Under the pieces are notes generated by a model. The model did no database searches. It saw nothing but the letters and a program-made list of their open reading frames with translations, and had not been told where the DNA came from. A program made the translations under genes and the position numbers. Below are positions 39,536-49,700 of a DNA stretch of 64,000 nucleotides, one piece after another; the first letter of the stretch is position 1; each line of letters begins with the position of its first letter. The DNA is from a bacterium (GTDB taxonomy: Bacteria > UBA8248). The stretch covers positions 2,400,001-2,464,000 of the forward strand of contig CBDBEV010000001.1 in the NCBI GenBank assembly GCA_965204535.1. Reading direction: 5' to 3'.

Positions 39536-40315
39536 TTATCCCTCGCTTCGCTCGGCGGTCCTCACCGCGAAAGTGAAGCAGATCCCACCAAAGATGATCA
39601 TGAGGAGTAGGGAGGGCCAGAGCCCCGGCAGGTTGGCCACGGCGTCCGGCGCGCTCAGGTAAAGCGTTCTCCTGAGAGCTGCCACGCCGTAGGTGAGCGG
39701 ATTCACCTGCATGACGAGGCCGATGAGCGGGTGCGCGCCCGCGACCGGAAATACCGCGCCCGATAGCAGCCACAAGGGGATGAGCAGGAGATTCATGATG
39801 GAGTGGAACCCCTGGGTGGATTCGATCCGCCAGGCGAGCAGCAGGCCGAGCGCGGTCAGCGCGAAGCCGATCAGGCCCATCACCAGCACCGAGGCGAGGG
39901 CGGCCTCCAAATTGAGCGGAACGCCCGCCAGGGGCGTAGCGATGAGCAGGAGGACGCCTTGCAGCAGCGCAAGCGTCGCCCCGCCCAAGACTTGCCCCAG
40001 CACGATGGCCGAACGTGGAACGGGGGCTGCGAGCACGCCCTGTAAGAAGCGCGCTTTTCTGTCGTCCACCACGGCGAATGTCGAGAAGATGGCCGTGAAG
40101 AGCACCACCATGGCGATGATGCCCGGGTAGAAGTATTCCAGGTAGTCCTCCCCCCCGCCTCCCGCGTAGCGGAAGTTTCGCCCGAAGCCGCTGCCCAGCA
40201 GGAGCCAGAACAGGATGGGCTGGCCGAACGCGCCGATGATGCGGCTGCGCTGGCGCCCGAAGCGCACGATCTCGCGCTGCCAGATCGTCCCCATGCAAAG
40301 GAGATAGGGCGTCAT
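39536..40315 (-). CDS. ABC-2 type transporter permease
   Basis: PGIIAM, LSGAVFP, NPLTYGV; six TM helices. Confidence 0.88.
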   Translation of the reverse strand: MTPYLLCMGTIWQREIVRFGRQRSRIIGAFGQPILFWLLLGSGFGRNFRYAGGGGEDYLEYFYPGIIAMVVLFTAIFSTFAVVDDRKARFLQGVLAAPVPRSAIVLGQVLGGATLALLQGVLLLIATPLAGVPLNLEAALASVLVMGLIGFALTALGLLLAWRIESTQGFHSIMNLLLIPLWLLSGAVFPVAGAHPLIGLVMQVNPLTYGVAALRRTLYLSAPDAVANLPGLWPSLLLMIIFGGICFTFAVRTAERSEG

Positions 40316-41277
40316 GATTTCTGCGCCTCGGGGAGGTCTTCGTCCGCGTCGATGAAGCGCTTGCCCGTCTTGTTGATGAACACGTCCTCGAGCGTGGGCT
40401 TGCCCAGCGTAATGGAGCGCACCTCGCCGGGAAACGCCTCTGCGATTTTGGGTATGGCCGCGTGGGCGTCGTTCATCTCGGCGCGAAGCGACCCGTCCAC
40501 ACTCTTCACCTCACACGCGAACATCTCCTCCAGCTTCGCGCGCAGGGATTCGGGGTCTCCCGCCTCGATGGTGAGCACCTCGCCGCCCACTTCTTTTTTT
40601 AGCGCATCGGGCGCGCCGATGGCGACGAGGTCCCCCTCGTGGATGACGCCGACGCGATCCGCATGGTCGGCTTCTTCGATGAAGTGCGTGGTGAGCACGA
40701 CCGTGGTGTTCGTCTCGTTTCTCAGGCGCTTGAGTTCGTTTCTGAAATCGATTCTGGCGCCGGGGTCGAGGCCCGTGCTGGGTTCATCGAGAAACAATAT
40801 CTCGGGCCGGGGCAGGAGCGCCTTGGCGAGCTCCACCCTGCGTTGAAGCCCGCCCGAGAGGGTTTCGACATAATCCTTTTTCCTGTCGCTGATTCCGAAT
40901 TGCGCGAGGAGCGTGTCGGCTGCGTTTCGCAGGGTGCTCCCGAGCATCCCGTGCAGCCTCCCGTGGTGGATCATGTTCTCGAACACGGTGAGCTTGGGGT
41001 CCAGGCCGGGCTGCTGAAAGACGACGCCGATTCTCTTTCGCACCGCATGGGGCGCATCGCGCACCGAATGGCCGAAGACCTGCGCGTCGCCCGCGGTCGG
41101 GCGCATGAGGGTGGTGATTATGCGGAACAGGGTGGTCTTGCCGCCTCCGTTCGGGCCCAGGAGCGCGAATATCTCGCCCTCCGAAACCTCGAAGCGCACA
41201 TCCTTGAGCGCGACGCGGCTTCCGTAGCGGTGGGTGACGCCTTGGACGTCCAGGGCGGGTCCGAGGTCTGAGTTCAA
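40312..41277 (-). CDS. ABC transporter ATP-binding protein (DrrA-like)
   Basis: GPNGGGKT, LSGG, LDEPSTGLD, TTH, PTLEDVF. Confidence 0.92.
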   Translation of the reverse strand: MNSDLGPALDVQGVTHRYGSRVALKDVRFEVSEGEIFALLGPNGGGKTTLFRIITTLMRPTAGDAQVFGHSVRDAPHAVRKRIGVVFQQPGLDPKLTVFENMIHHGRLHGMLGSTLRNAADTLLAQFGISDRKKDYVETLSGGLQRRVELAKALLPRPEILFLDEPSTGLDPGARIDFRNELKRLRNETNTTVVLTTHFIEEADHADRVGVIHEGDLVAIGAPDALKKEVGGEVLTIEAGDPESLRAKLEEMFACEVKSVDGSLRAEMNDAHAAIPKIAEAFPGEVRSITLGKPTLEDVFINKTGKRFIDADEDLPEAQKS

Positions 41278-41282
41278 TTCAA

Positions 41283-41651
41283 TCAGTCCCCATCATCTTC
41301 GGGTGAGAGTTTCCGGTTGAAAAAGTAATCCGCGTTCAGCCAGATGGCGCGGGAGTAGCGAAACGAGAATAGCGGAATCAGGATGCAAAGCCCACCCCAG
41401 ACGATGAGTTGCGCCGCGAGACCCGGCGCCAGGAAGATTTCGGTGAGCAGATAACCGCCCAGGCAGATGATGACCGTGATGGCGTAGTTGATGTAGATGG
41501 CGCCGACGAAATAGCCCTGCTCACGCTCGATGAGGTAGCCGCAGCCCGGGCATCTCTCGTGCATGCGAAAAGGACCCGTGAAGAGGGGTTCGGGACATCT
41601 TGGGCACATCAGGGCGCATCCGCGTCTCAGGGCGCGCAGGAGTTCTCTCAT
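41283..41651 (-). CDS. DUF983-like membrane protein
   Basis: CPRC...CPGC zinc motif followed by two TM helices; ATGA overlap with upstream gene. Confidence 0.7.
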   Translation of the reverse strand: MRELLRALRRGCALMCPRCPEPLFTGPFRMHERCPGCGYLIEREQGYFVGAIYINYAITVIICLGGYLLTEIFLAPGLAAQLIVWGGLCILIPLFSFRYSRAIWLNADYFFNRKLSPEDDGD

Positions 41652-42073
41652 GCCCTCGGATAGAGAACGTAGAGGAGCAGGTAGACCATGACGCCCGTCC
41701 AGGAAACGTAGAGCCAGATGGGGTACGTCCAGCGGGCGATGCGGCGGTGCCGCTCGAAATCCCCCCGCCACGCCCGGTAAAGGGTGATGATCGCCATGGG
41801 CGGCACGAGGACGGCCAGGGCCGAATGCGTGATGAGGATGAAGAAATACACCTTGCGAATCCAGCCCTCGCCGGTGAAGCCGACCGAACCTACGTTGAAA
41901 TGATAGATGAGATAGGAGATGAGGAACAAAGTGGAGACCGCGAACGCGCTCACCATCAGGCGTTTATGGACTTCCACGTTCTTGGCGTAGATTTGCCGCA
42001 CGCCCACCATGAGCAGGATCGCGCTCGTCGTGTTCAACAAGGCGTTCAGGGTGGGCAGATCTCGAAGCGACAT
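41648..42073 (-). CDS. DUF420/CtaM oxidase assembly membrane protein
   Basis: LPTLNALLN, HKRLM, HRRIARWTYPIWLYVS.TG. Confidence 0.85.
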   Translation of the reverse strand: MSLRDLPTLNALLNTTSAILLMVGVRQIYAKNVEVHKRLMVSAFAVSTLFLISYLIYHFNVGSVGFTGEGWIRKVYFFILITHSALAVLVPPMAIITLYRAWRGDFERHRRIARWTYPIWLYVSWTGVMVYLLLYVLYPRA

Positions 42074-42117
42074 GAATTATTTGGTTTTTGAAGCGTCTGG
42101 CGGCGAGCAGGAGCGGC

Positions 42118-42414
42118 CTAGAAATCCGGCAGCACCATCAGCACGACGAACACGCACAGGATGAGCGGAATCATGGCGATGAAGCCCAGCGCCAGCTTCT
42201 CGAACTTCAAGTGCATGAAGTAAAGCGCCACGAGCGCCGCCTTGGCAACGGCCATGATGACGAGGAGCGCGCCCTTCAATAACTGCGGATAGGCGGGGCT
42301 TGCCTCGGGTATGCCTGCCAGAACTTCGAGAATCGTGAGCGCCAGGAGCCACCAGAAGATGGTCATGTAGCTCACGTGATGATCGTCGTGTTGCGCGTGG
42401 CTTTCGCTTGCCAT
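42118..42414 (-). CDS. ctaF: Cytochrome c oxidase subunit IV
   Basis: LLALTILEV, KAALVALYFMHLKFE; start reassigned to MASESH. Confidence 0.85.
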   Translation of the reverse strand: MASESHAQHDDHHVSYMTIFWWLLALTILEVLAGIPEASPAYPQLLKGALLVIMAVAKAALVALYFMHLKFEKLALGFIAMIPLILCVFVVLMVLPDF

Positions 42415-42470
42415 GATGTATGTGCTCTCCCTCGAACGAACCGGGCGCGCCGGGGACGCGCCCGAGATGG

Positions 42471-43094
42471 TTACAACAGATAGATGAACGTGAACACGAG
42501 AATCCAGACGAGGTCCACGAAGTGCCAGTAGAGGCCCGCGATTTCCACCTCGTTCCAGTTCGTCGCTGAATAGACGCCCTTTTTGCCGCGTAACGCGATG
42601 ACGGCGAGGTAGATGACGCCGCCGGTCACGTGCATGCCGTGGAAGCCCGTGATGATGTAGAAGGTGGTGCCGAAGAGGCTGTCGCCCCATTTGTTGGCGG
42701 CGAGGCCCAACCCCAAGTTAATCAGGTGGGTCCATTCATAGGCCTGCAATGCCAGGAAGATAAGGCCGCCGCCTACGGTGAGCCACATGTACTTGACCAG
42801 TCCGTCCTGATCGCCTTTCTTGATGGCGTCCAGGCCCTTCACCATCGTCACGCTGCTGCATATGAGCAGGAACGTCATGAACGCGGTGAGCGAGATGCCC
42901 AGCACCTCGGTGGGGTTCGGCCAGTTCGCGCTGTTGCCCCGCATGATGGCGTAACCCGCCAGCAAGGTTCCGAACGACATGGCGTCGCCCGCCAGAAATA
43001 CCCACATCCCCAGCTTGCCCCAGCTTTCTGGGGTAAGCGGCGTTTCCGCTGGTTCCACTCCGTGGGCGTGATCCACGGCGGCGGCTTCACTCAC
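42471..43094 (-). CDS. ctaE: Cytochrome c oxidase subunit III (paralog 2)
   Basis: KLGMWVFL, TGFHGMHV, GLYWHFVDLVW. Confidence 0.9.
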   Translation of the reverse strand: MSEAAAVDHAHGVEPAETPLTPESWGKLGMWVFLAGDAMSFGTLLAGYAIMRGNSANWPNPTEVLGISLTAFMTFLLICSSVTMVKGLDAIKKGDQDGLVKYMWLTVGGGLIFLALQAYEWTHLINLGLGLAANKWGDSLFGTTFYIITGFHGMHVTGGVIYLAVIALRGKKGVYSATNWNEVEIAGLYWHFVDLVWILVFTFIYLL

Positions 43095-43109
43095 TGCGCC
43101 TTCTCCTTC

Positions 43110-43346
43110 TTAATCAGTAAAAATGCCTTTGTTCACCGGCTCTCTTTTCGAGCGCCGGAAATTGTATACGAAATAACCGCCCGTCACCGTGGCGATCACG
43201 AACGGCATGCTGATCAGAAAACCCATGCTCCAGAGAAAACCGGGCTCGCTGTCCACTCCGCACACCGCACAGGCGAAGGCGTAGTCCTGGACAGACAGGA
43301 CGAGGCCCAAAGCTGTAGCGATGAGAACGGCAACGACTGGTTTCAC
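43110..43346 (-). CDS. Small exported CxxC membrane protein within the oxidase operon
   Basis: GTG after AAGGAGA; signal peptide ending AFA, then CAVC, then one TM helix. Confidence 0.65.
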   Translation of the reverse strand: MKPVVAVLIATALGLVLSVQDYAFACAVCGVDSEPGFLWSMGFLISMPFVIATVTGGYFVYNFRRSKREPVNKGIFTD

Positions 43347-43417
43347 CTGAATCTCCTTGAAGCGAGTATGCCACCCGCTTCGCGAAAGTGTCAACGTTTC
43401 AAGCCTTTCCTGCGTCA

Positions 43418-44122
43418 TCAGAGCAGGTAGACCAGATAGAACAGAATCGGCCAAAGCCCCACTACGAGATGCCAGTACATCGCGCATGCGACCACCCCGT
43501 TGGGATTGCGGGCGGAGTATTTTCCCATATGCGCGCGAACGAGAACAGCGACCAGCCAGACGACCGCGCTCAACACGTGAAACCCGTGCGTTCCGATGAT
43601 GGAGTAGAAGAGCGAGCCATACACGTTCGCCGAAGCGGTGAGTCCGAAGCTGACCAGCCGCACCCATTCATATCCCTGGATGGCGAGGAAGACGACGCCC
43701 AGAACGCCGGTGACCGTGAGCAGGCGCGGCAGGACCTTCGCGTCGCCTCTTTTGAGCGCAAGCTGCGCGCGGACCATCGTGTAGCTGCTCAGCAGCAGGA
43801 GGGCCGTGTTGACGGCGGTCACTTCCACCGGCAGGCGTGGCTGAAAGGGCGGCGGCCAGGGCTTCCCGCTGAAGCGGAAGACCAGGAAGGCCCCAATCAA
43901 GCCCGAGAAGAACATGATTTCGGCCGCGATCAGGACCAGCATGGCGAGCTGGGTGTTTCCGATTACGGGTTTTCCGGAGGGTGAGGATTCCCGGGAATCG
44001 TCTCCGTTTCCTCCTCCCCCGCCCCCGTTGTCATCGGGTGGTTCGGGCGGCGGAGGTGGTGGCGGCGCGCCTTCCCATCGCTCCGGGCTTTTTTTCGGCG
44101 GCGCTTCGAGTACCGGACTCAA
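43418..44122 (-). CDS. Cytochrome c oxidase subunit III (paralog 1)
   Basis: AEIMFF, NTALLLLSS, GTHGFHV, YWHLV; Pro/Gly-rich N-terminus. Confidence 0.85.
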   Translation of the reverse strand: MSPVLEAPPKKSPERWEGAPPPPPPPEPPDDNGGGGGGNGDDSRESSPSGKPVIGNTQLAMLVLIAAEIMFFSGLIGAFLVFRFSGKPWPPPFQPRLPVEVTAVNTALLLLSSYTMVRAQLALKRGDAKVLPRLLTVTGVLGVVFLAIQGYEWVRLVSFGLTASANVYGSLFYSIIGTHGFHVLSAVVWLVAVLVRAHMGKYSARNPNGVVACAMYWHLVVGLWPILFYLVYLL

Positions 44123-44137
44123 CGAATCTCCTCCCGC

Positions 44138-44260
44138 CTAGTTCTTGATGATGGCCACGGTCCACGCGAAGGCGGCCAGACATACGATGAAGAGAAACAG
44201 CAAAACCCCGGTAAGTCGGATTTTGTTCTTCTTATGCGTCTTGTCCATCGCTTCGTTCAT
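44138..44260 (-). CDS. 40-aa single-TM peptide in the oxidase operon
   Basis: ATGA overlap with the ctaB stop; basic N-terminus plus hydrophobic helix (alternative start 44248). Confidence 0.55.
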   Translation of the reverse strand: MNEAMDKTHKKNKIRLTGVLLFLFIVCLAAFAWTVAIIKN

Positions 44261-45147
44261 CCGAAAATCATGGCCAGCAGAAGAGCCGGCAGATAAGTCA
44301 GCGAGTAGTAGAACAAACGCCTCGCGGACACAGAACCTTTTTCTCTGGCCATGTGAACGCCATACCCCAAGTAGATGAACCCCAGGATAGTAGAGAGGAC
44401 GAAATAAAGGGGACCCGCCATGCCGATGAGTGCCGGGGCCATCCCGGCGGGAATGAGCGCCAGGCAATAGGAGACGACCTGCCTGCCCGTGCTCGCGCCG
44501 CCGGGGTCCTCGACGGGCAGAAGCTTGATGTCGGCTCTCGCAAAATCCTCGCGGTACATCACGGCGATCGCCAGCGCGTGGGGGATCTGCCAGAGGAACA
44601 TGATGCAGAACACCACGAACGCCTCGATCGAGAGCGCGCCCGTAGCCGCCGCCCAGCCGATAACCGGCGGCATGGCGCCCGGAATCGCGCCCACCACGCT
44701 GTTCAGCGAGGTCGTGCGCTTGAGCGGCGTATACAGGAACAGGTAAAGCCCGCCGGTGGCCGCGATAAGAAGCGCGGTGAAGGGGTTCACGAAAACGGCC
44801 AGATAGGCCACGCCCGAAAGCATGACGGCCGAACCGAACAGGAGCGCATCGAACTTCAGAAGACGGCCATCGGGAAGCGGGCGTTTTTGTGTGCGGATCA
44901 TCCGCGCGTCCAGGTCTTCCTCGGAAGCCTGGTTGAGCGCCAGCGCGCCGCCCGTTGCAAAGGCCGAGCCGATGAGCGTGTGAATGAGCAGGAGAATATC
45001 GAGGCCCCCGCCCGAGGCGAGGTAGAAGCCCGCGGCGGTGACGACAAGCACCATCGGCAGAATGCGCGGTTTCGTGAGTTCCAGGTAATCCACCGCTCTT
45101 CGCTTGGCGGCGTCGATGTTCATCGCATCCGTGCGAAGATTCGTCAT
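44257..45147 (-). CDS. ctaB: Heme o synthase (protoheme IX farnesyltransferase)
   Basis: LTKPRI, D..M.RT..RPL, YTPLKR, GAIPGAMPPVIGW, WQIPH. Confidence 0.93.
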   Translation of the reverse strand: MTNLRTDAMNIDAAKRRAVDYLELTKPRILPMVLVVTAAGFYLASGGGLDILLLIHTLIGSAFATGGALALNQASEEDLDARMIRTQKRPLPDGRLLKFDALLFGSAVMLSGVAYLAVFVNPFTALLIAATGGLYLFLYTPLKRTTSLNSVVGAIPGAMPPVIGWAAATGALSIEAFVVFCIMFLWQIPHALAIAVMYREDFARADIKLLPVEDPGGASTGRQVVSYCLALIPAGMAPALIGMAGPLYFVLSTILGFIYLGYGVHMAREKGSVSARRLFYYSLTYLPALLLAMIFG

Positions 45148-46088
45148 GCGCGCGCACCTCCCGCCGCAACGGGCGTTTCGGTGGCCTTTAAGGCAAAGGG
45201 GCCGCCTTTATTGAGGCGAAGGGCTACGACGAGTGAGGCCGCGAAGAGCATCGCGCCCACCAAGACGTGGGCGGAGGTGACAGCGATGATGAGTCCGGGA
45301 GTGAAGGCCTCGCCCATGGCGGCGTATTTGCCGATCCACGAAGAAAATCCGAGCGCAAGCTGGACGAGCAGCAAGACCCACAGGAAGTTCACCTCTTTGG
45401 CGAGGGCGCCCGGGTTCGGCAGCTTCAGTATCCTGTAAGAGAGCAGGATGACGTGGATGGTGCTCAGCGCCGCGAAGAGCAGATGGGCGTCGAGCCTGTT
45501 CCCGGTGTGGCGCAGCACAGCGCCGAAGATGATCTGGACGTAGAGCAGAAAGACCGTGATGAGGCTCAGCCTGGCCAGCCGTCTGTCGTCAACGGTGTCT
45601 GTTTCCTCATGCCAGCCTCGGGAGGTAAACAGCGCCAAACTCACCATGAGGCCGAAGAAAATCTGCGCGACGCAGGCGTGGACGATGGCCAGGTTGAGTT
45701 TGATGAGCACCACCCGCATGCCGCCGAGCAAGCCCTGTAAAATCACCAGACCGACCGCGAACGCACCCAGCCGGCGGATCCATTTGCGCTCATCGGTTTT
45801 CCAGATGGCGGCGGCCGTCAGGATGGTGAGGATCCCCACCAGCGAGCCGAGCAGACGGTGCGAGTGTTCGATGAAGACGCCGCCCACCATCTTCGACCAG
45901 GGAAATAAGAACATGTTGTAGCCGAACGTGGTGGGCCAGTCGGGAACGGCGAGGCCCGAACCGGTGCTTGTCACCAGACCGCCGGCGAGGATAAGCACGA
46001 CGGTGAAGACGCAGGTCAGCAGGGCGAAACGATGGGGCCAGCCTCCCCCTTTCACGGCGGGAAGGCCGGCACGGCGGTCAGATGCCAT
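45144..46088 (-). CDS. ctaA: Heme A synthase (CtaA/COX15)
   Basis: GLAVPDWP, EHSHR, QGLLGG, conserved His residues in eight TM helices. Confidence 0.88.
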   Translation of the reverse strand: MASDRRAGLPAVKGGGWPHRFALLTCVFTVVLILAGGLVTSTGSGLAVPDWPTTFGYNMFLFPWSKMVGGVFIEHSHRLLGSLVGILTILTAAAIWKTDERKWIRRLGAFAVGLVILQGLLGGMRVVLIKLNLAIVHACVAQIFFGLMVSLALFTSRGWHEETDTVDDRRLARLSLITVFLLYVQIIFGAVLRHTGNRLDAHLLFAALSTIHVILLSYRILKLPNPGALAKEVNFLWVLLLVQLALGFSSWIGKYAAMGEAFTPGLIIAVTSAHVLVGAMLFAASLVVALRLNKGGPFALKATETPVAAGGARA

Positions 46089-46124
46089 GCGCGTTCTCTC
46101 CCGGGGTAGTTTGCGTCGGCGGCG

Positions 46125-48098
46125 CTAGTGGCCGGCTTCGGCGTACTTGGGATCGATGGCTTCGGTCTGCGGCGCCCAGTCCGCTTCCTCGCCGGGGACG
46201 CTGTATTCATAGGGTCCGCGCTGGACCACCGGCAGCGTGGGGCCGAAGTTTCCGTGCGGCGCCGGCGTAGGCGCCACCCACTCGAGCGTGTTGGCGTCCC
46301 AGGGATTCTGGGGCGCGTCGGCGCCCAGCGGAGCCATGTTCTTCTCGAGATAGCGGTAGATCCACACCGCAAGCGCGATGGCGACAATCGTGCCCACGAT
46401 GCGCCCGCCCATCGAGAGTTCGGGCTCCATCATGCCCTCGAACAACACCGCCACGCTCTTGTAGCCGATGAAGCCGACCACGATGGCCGAGACCGCCTGG
46501 GTGAGCACGCGGAACCACTTCGCGTTCCAGCGGAAGACGGTGGCGAAGAAGTTGAACACGAAGGGAATCTGCGAGAGTCCCAGCGCCAGCGCGGAGAGGG
46601 TGATCATCACGTTGATCGGCTGCATCCCCTGCAGGAATTCATACTGCATGGGGTTATAGATGCGCCGCATGTGGCCGCCCACGCCCAGGATGTGCATCGG
46701 GAAGAACACCATGTTGAAGAAGATAAACGTGAGCCAGAAGTGCACCTTGCCCAGCGCCTCGTCCATGGACCTTCCGAACATTTTTGGGAACCAGTGCTGT
46801 ATGCCGCCGAAGAGCGCAAAGACGCTGCCGCCGAAGATGACGTAGTGGAAATGCGCCACGATGAAGTAGGTGTCGTGAATGTAGATATCCACCACGTTCG
46901 ACGCCATGAAGATGCCGCTCAGCCCGCCGATGACGAACAGGATGACGAACGCCAGGGCGTGGAGCATCGGCACGGTGAAGCGGATCGAGCCCCCCCATAG
47001 GGTGCCCAGCCAGTTGAAGGTCTTGATTGCCGATGGTATCGCGATGACGAGCGTCGTCATCATGAAGGCCGAACCAAGTGCCGGGTTCATGCCGGACTGG
47101 AACATGTGGTGGCCCCAGACGATCCAGGACAAGAAGGCGATGGCGAGCATGGCGTACACCATGGCCCGGTAGCCGAAAATCGGTTTTCTGCAGTAAACCG
47201 GCAACAACTCCGAAGCGATGCCCATGCCCGGAAGGATGAGGATGTAGACTTCCGGGTGGCCAAAGTACCAGAACAGATGCTGCCACAGGAGGGGTTCGCC
47301 CCCCTTCGCGGGATTGAAGAAGTTGGTCTCGAACACGCGGTCGAATATCATCATCGCGCCCGCGGAGCCCAAGATAGGCAGTGCCAGCAGACCCAGAATG
47401 GCGGTGACGAACAGCGACCACACGACGAGCGGCACCCGGAACCAGGTCATGCCCTCCGTGCGCATGTTGATGAGCGTGGTGATGTAGTTGATCGAGCCCA
47501 TGAGCGAGGAGAAACTGAGCACGAACAGACTTAACGCCCATAACGTCTGCCCCATGAAGACGCCGGTGTATTCCGGCACGGTGGATAACGGCGCGTAACC
47601 GGTCCAGCCGGAAGCGGCGTGTCCTCCCTCGACGAAAAATCCGGCGGTCATGATGACGGCGCCGAGTACGGCGACCCAGAACGAGAGCATGTTCAGCAGC
47701 GGGAACGCCATGTCGCGCGCCCCGATCATCAGCGGGATGAGGAAGTTACCGAAACAGCCCACCAGAATCGGCATCACGACGAGGAACACCATGATGGTCG
47801 CGTGCATGGTGACCGCCATGTTGTAGAAGTTCGGCGTGACGTAGCCCTCGGGCATGCCCTCGCTCTCGTCCGATATCCACTCGAAGCCCCAGACCTGGGT
47901 CTCCGGCCAGGCGAGCTGCCAGCGGAAGATCAGGGCGAGAATTCCGCCGACGACCATCATGATGAGACCGAGCCAGAGGAACTGCCTGGCGATCATCTTG
48001 TGGTCCAGCGAGAAGACGTATGTGCTCCAGAACCCACCCTCGTGGTGGTCGTGAGCGCCGTGTGCGTCTGCCGTGGTTTCGCTCATGGTTTCCTGCAT
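46125..48098 (-). CDS. ctaD: Cytochrome c oxidase subunit I (A1-type heme-copper oxidase)
   Basis: DHKMI, HATIM, GHPEVY, WGHHM, AHFHY, HMRRI. Confidence 0.95.
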   Translation of the reverse strand: MQETMSETTADAHGAHDHHEGGFWSTYVFSLDHKMIARQFLWLGLIMMVVGGILALIFRWQLAWPETQVWGFEWISDESEGMPEGYVTPNFYNMAVTMHATIMVFLVVMPILVGCFGNFLIPLMIGARDMAFPLLNMLSFWVAVLGAVIMTAGFFVEGGHAASGWTGYAPLSTVPEYTGVFMGQTLWALSLFVLSFSSLMGSINYITTLINMRTEGMTWFRVPLVVWSLFVTAILGLLALPILGSAGAMMIFDRVFETNFFNPAKGGEPLLWQHLFWYFGHPEVYILILPGMGIASELLPVYCRKPIFGYRAMVYAMLAIAFLSWIVWGHHMFQSGMNPALGSAFMMTTLVIAIPSAIKTFNWLGTLWGGSIRFTVPMLHALAFVILFVIGGLSGIFMASNVVDIYIHDTYFIVAHFHYVIFGGSVFALFGGIQHWFPKMFGRSMDEALGKVHFWLTFIFFNMVFFPMHILGVGGHMRRIYNPMQYEFLQGMQPINVMITLSALALGLSQIPFVFNFFATVFRWNAKWFRVLTQAVSAIVVGFIGYKSVAVLFEGMMEPELSMGGRIVGTIVAIALAVWIYRYLEKNMAPLGADAPQNPWDANTLEWVAPTPAPHGNFGPTLPVVQRGPYEYSVPGEEADWAPQTEAIDPKYAEAGH

Positions 48099-48189
48099 CC
48101 CTCGTAAGTTTGGTTTACCGGAGGAAAACTCCCGCCGACACGTTCAAAATATGAAAGAGGGCGCGCGCGCCCTCATGAAATACAGTCGT

Positions 48190-48882
48190 TTACTTGTCCT
48201 TCTCTTCCCAGGCCTTCTTGCGCCATTTCGCGTAGTCCGCCTCGGAGTGGACGATGAGTTCCCCGTTCATGCCGGAGTGCCCGAAGCCGCAAAGCTCGGC
48301 GCAGGGGATTTCGTATTTGCCCACCTTGGTCAGCGTGAACCACAGCGGAATCGTGCGGCCCGGAACCACGTCCTGTTTCATGCGGGCCTGGGGGACGAAG
48401 AAGCTGTGGATGACGTCCGCGCCCTTGAGCAAGATGAACACCTGCTTGTTTACGGGCACGTTTAACTGGTTGTCGAGCACCAGATCGTCCTTGGTGCCGA
48501 ATTTCCTGTCGTCTCCCGGGTAGCGGACGATCCAGTTGAACTGCTTGCCGGTTACCTCCACGCGAACGTGGGGGTTCTGGGGGATCGCCAGCTTGAGCTT
48601 CGCCCATGAGGTCTGCGTCATCAGGACGAAGACGAGCAGGATGAAGGTGGGAATCACCGTCCAGAGAATCTCCAGCATGTTGTTGCCGTGCGTGTATTTC
48701 GCCTTCACGCCCGGCTTGGCGCGGTATTTGATGATGAAATACGCCATGACGACGGCGACGGCGATGAAGACGACCACCGTCAGGTAGTAGGACACATAGA
48801 AGAGAAAGTCGATTTCCTCTCCTTCGATGGAGATGTTCTCCGGGAGCCAACTCATCATGATGAAGCGTATCCTCCGGGCCAT
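48190..48882 (-). CDS. ctaC: Cytochrome c oxidase subunit II
   Basis: EILWT, DVIHSFF, CuA motif CAELCGFGHSGM; true start probably at MMSWLP (about 48858). Confidence 0.93.
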   Translation of the reverse strand: MARRIRFIMMSWLPENISIEGEEIDFLFYVSYYLTVVVFIAVAVVMAYFIIKYRAKPGVKAKYTHGNNMLEILWTVIPTFILLVFVLMTQTSWAKLKLAIPQNPHVRVEVTGKQFNWIVRYPGDDRKFGTKDDLVLDNQLNVPVNKQVFILLKGADVIHSFFVPQARMKQDVVPGRTIPLWFTLTKVGKYEIPCAELCGFGHSGMNGELIVHSEADYAKWRKKAWEEKDK

Positions 48883-49079
48883 GCAGCGTGAAGGCGGAGC
48901 GGAGACGCTCCCCCAATAACCGCGAAAAATGTATGGTTACCTTATAACCGCAAGGGGAGTCTAAAGGATAAACAAGAGAGTTTTCAAGCGCGCGCGGGAA
49001 AATAATTTGTATTAAAGGCGGGGGTAGTTTCCCCGTTTTGTTTGCAAGATGCGCGTCTTGCGGGCTATAAAGAAATAGC

Positions 49080-49156
<77 letters not shown>

Positions 49157-49171
49157 CCGGATACGAGAAGG

Positions 49172-49197
49172 CCGGGGCCATGCGGCCCCGGTTTTTT
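49172..49197 (+). terminator. Intrinsic terminator after tRNA
   Basis: CCGGGGCC-ATGC-GGCCCCGG followed by T6. Confidence 0.8.
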
Positions 49198-49700
49198 GCT
49201 TCGGATTATTCCTTTGGCTCCCAATACCCCCAAAAATCTCTTGTTGTAGAATGTCTCTACAATATCTCTGTATTCTTCATCGCCCCGGCGTGCTTCCATC
49301 GCCGGTCTCGGGCCTCGCCCCCTTCGCCAGTGAAGGATTTTCACCAAATCCGCCTGGGAACCAAAGGCCGCTCCCCAAGAAATCTTCCGCTGGCCACCCC
49401 CTTGCGAGAGGATTGTTTTTACTGGAAATAACGCTATATGGAGGATTCCGGGGTAATGCTCGGTTTTTTTATGTTTTGCATTTTGTTACGGAAGGGTTAC
49501 AATACAGGATATATGCAAGAACGGATTTATATATGCGCCAATAAAAATTTCGCCCTGTGGATGTTCGGTGTTTTCATCAAGTAGGGAGGAATCTTTATCG
49601 GAGGATGCTCAATGTTTGCGGCGCGGGATGTGACTCCTGACTCCCGCGTTCAGGATGTGCGGCATATTGGGTTGTTTCCTATCAATAAGGAGGCGCTTGT

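Noticed and set aside
45144-46088. CtaA lacking the N-terminal Cys pair
   Set aside because: Cys-less heme A synthase variants are known, and the His ligands are present.
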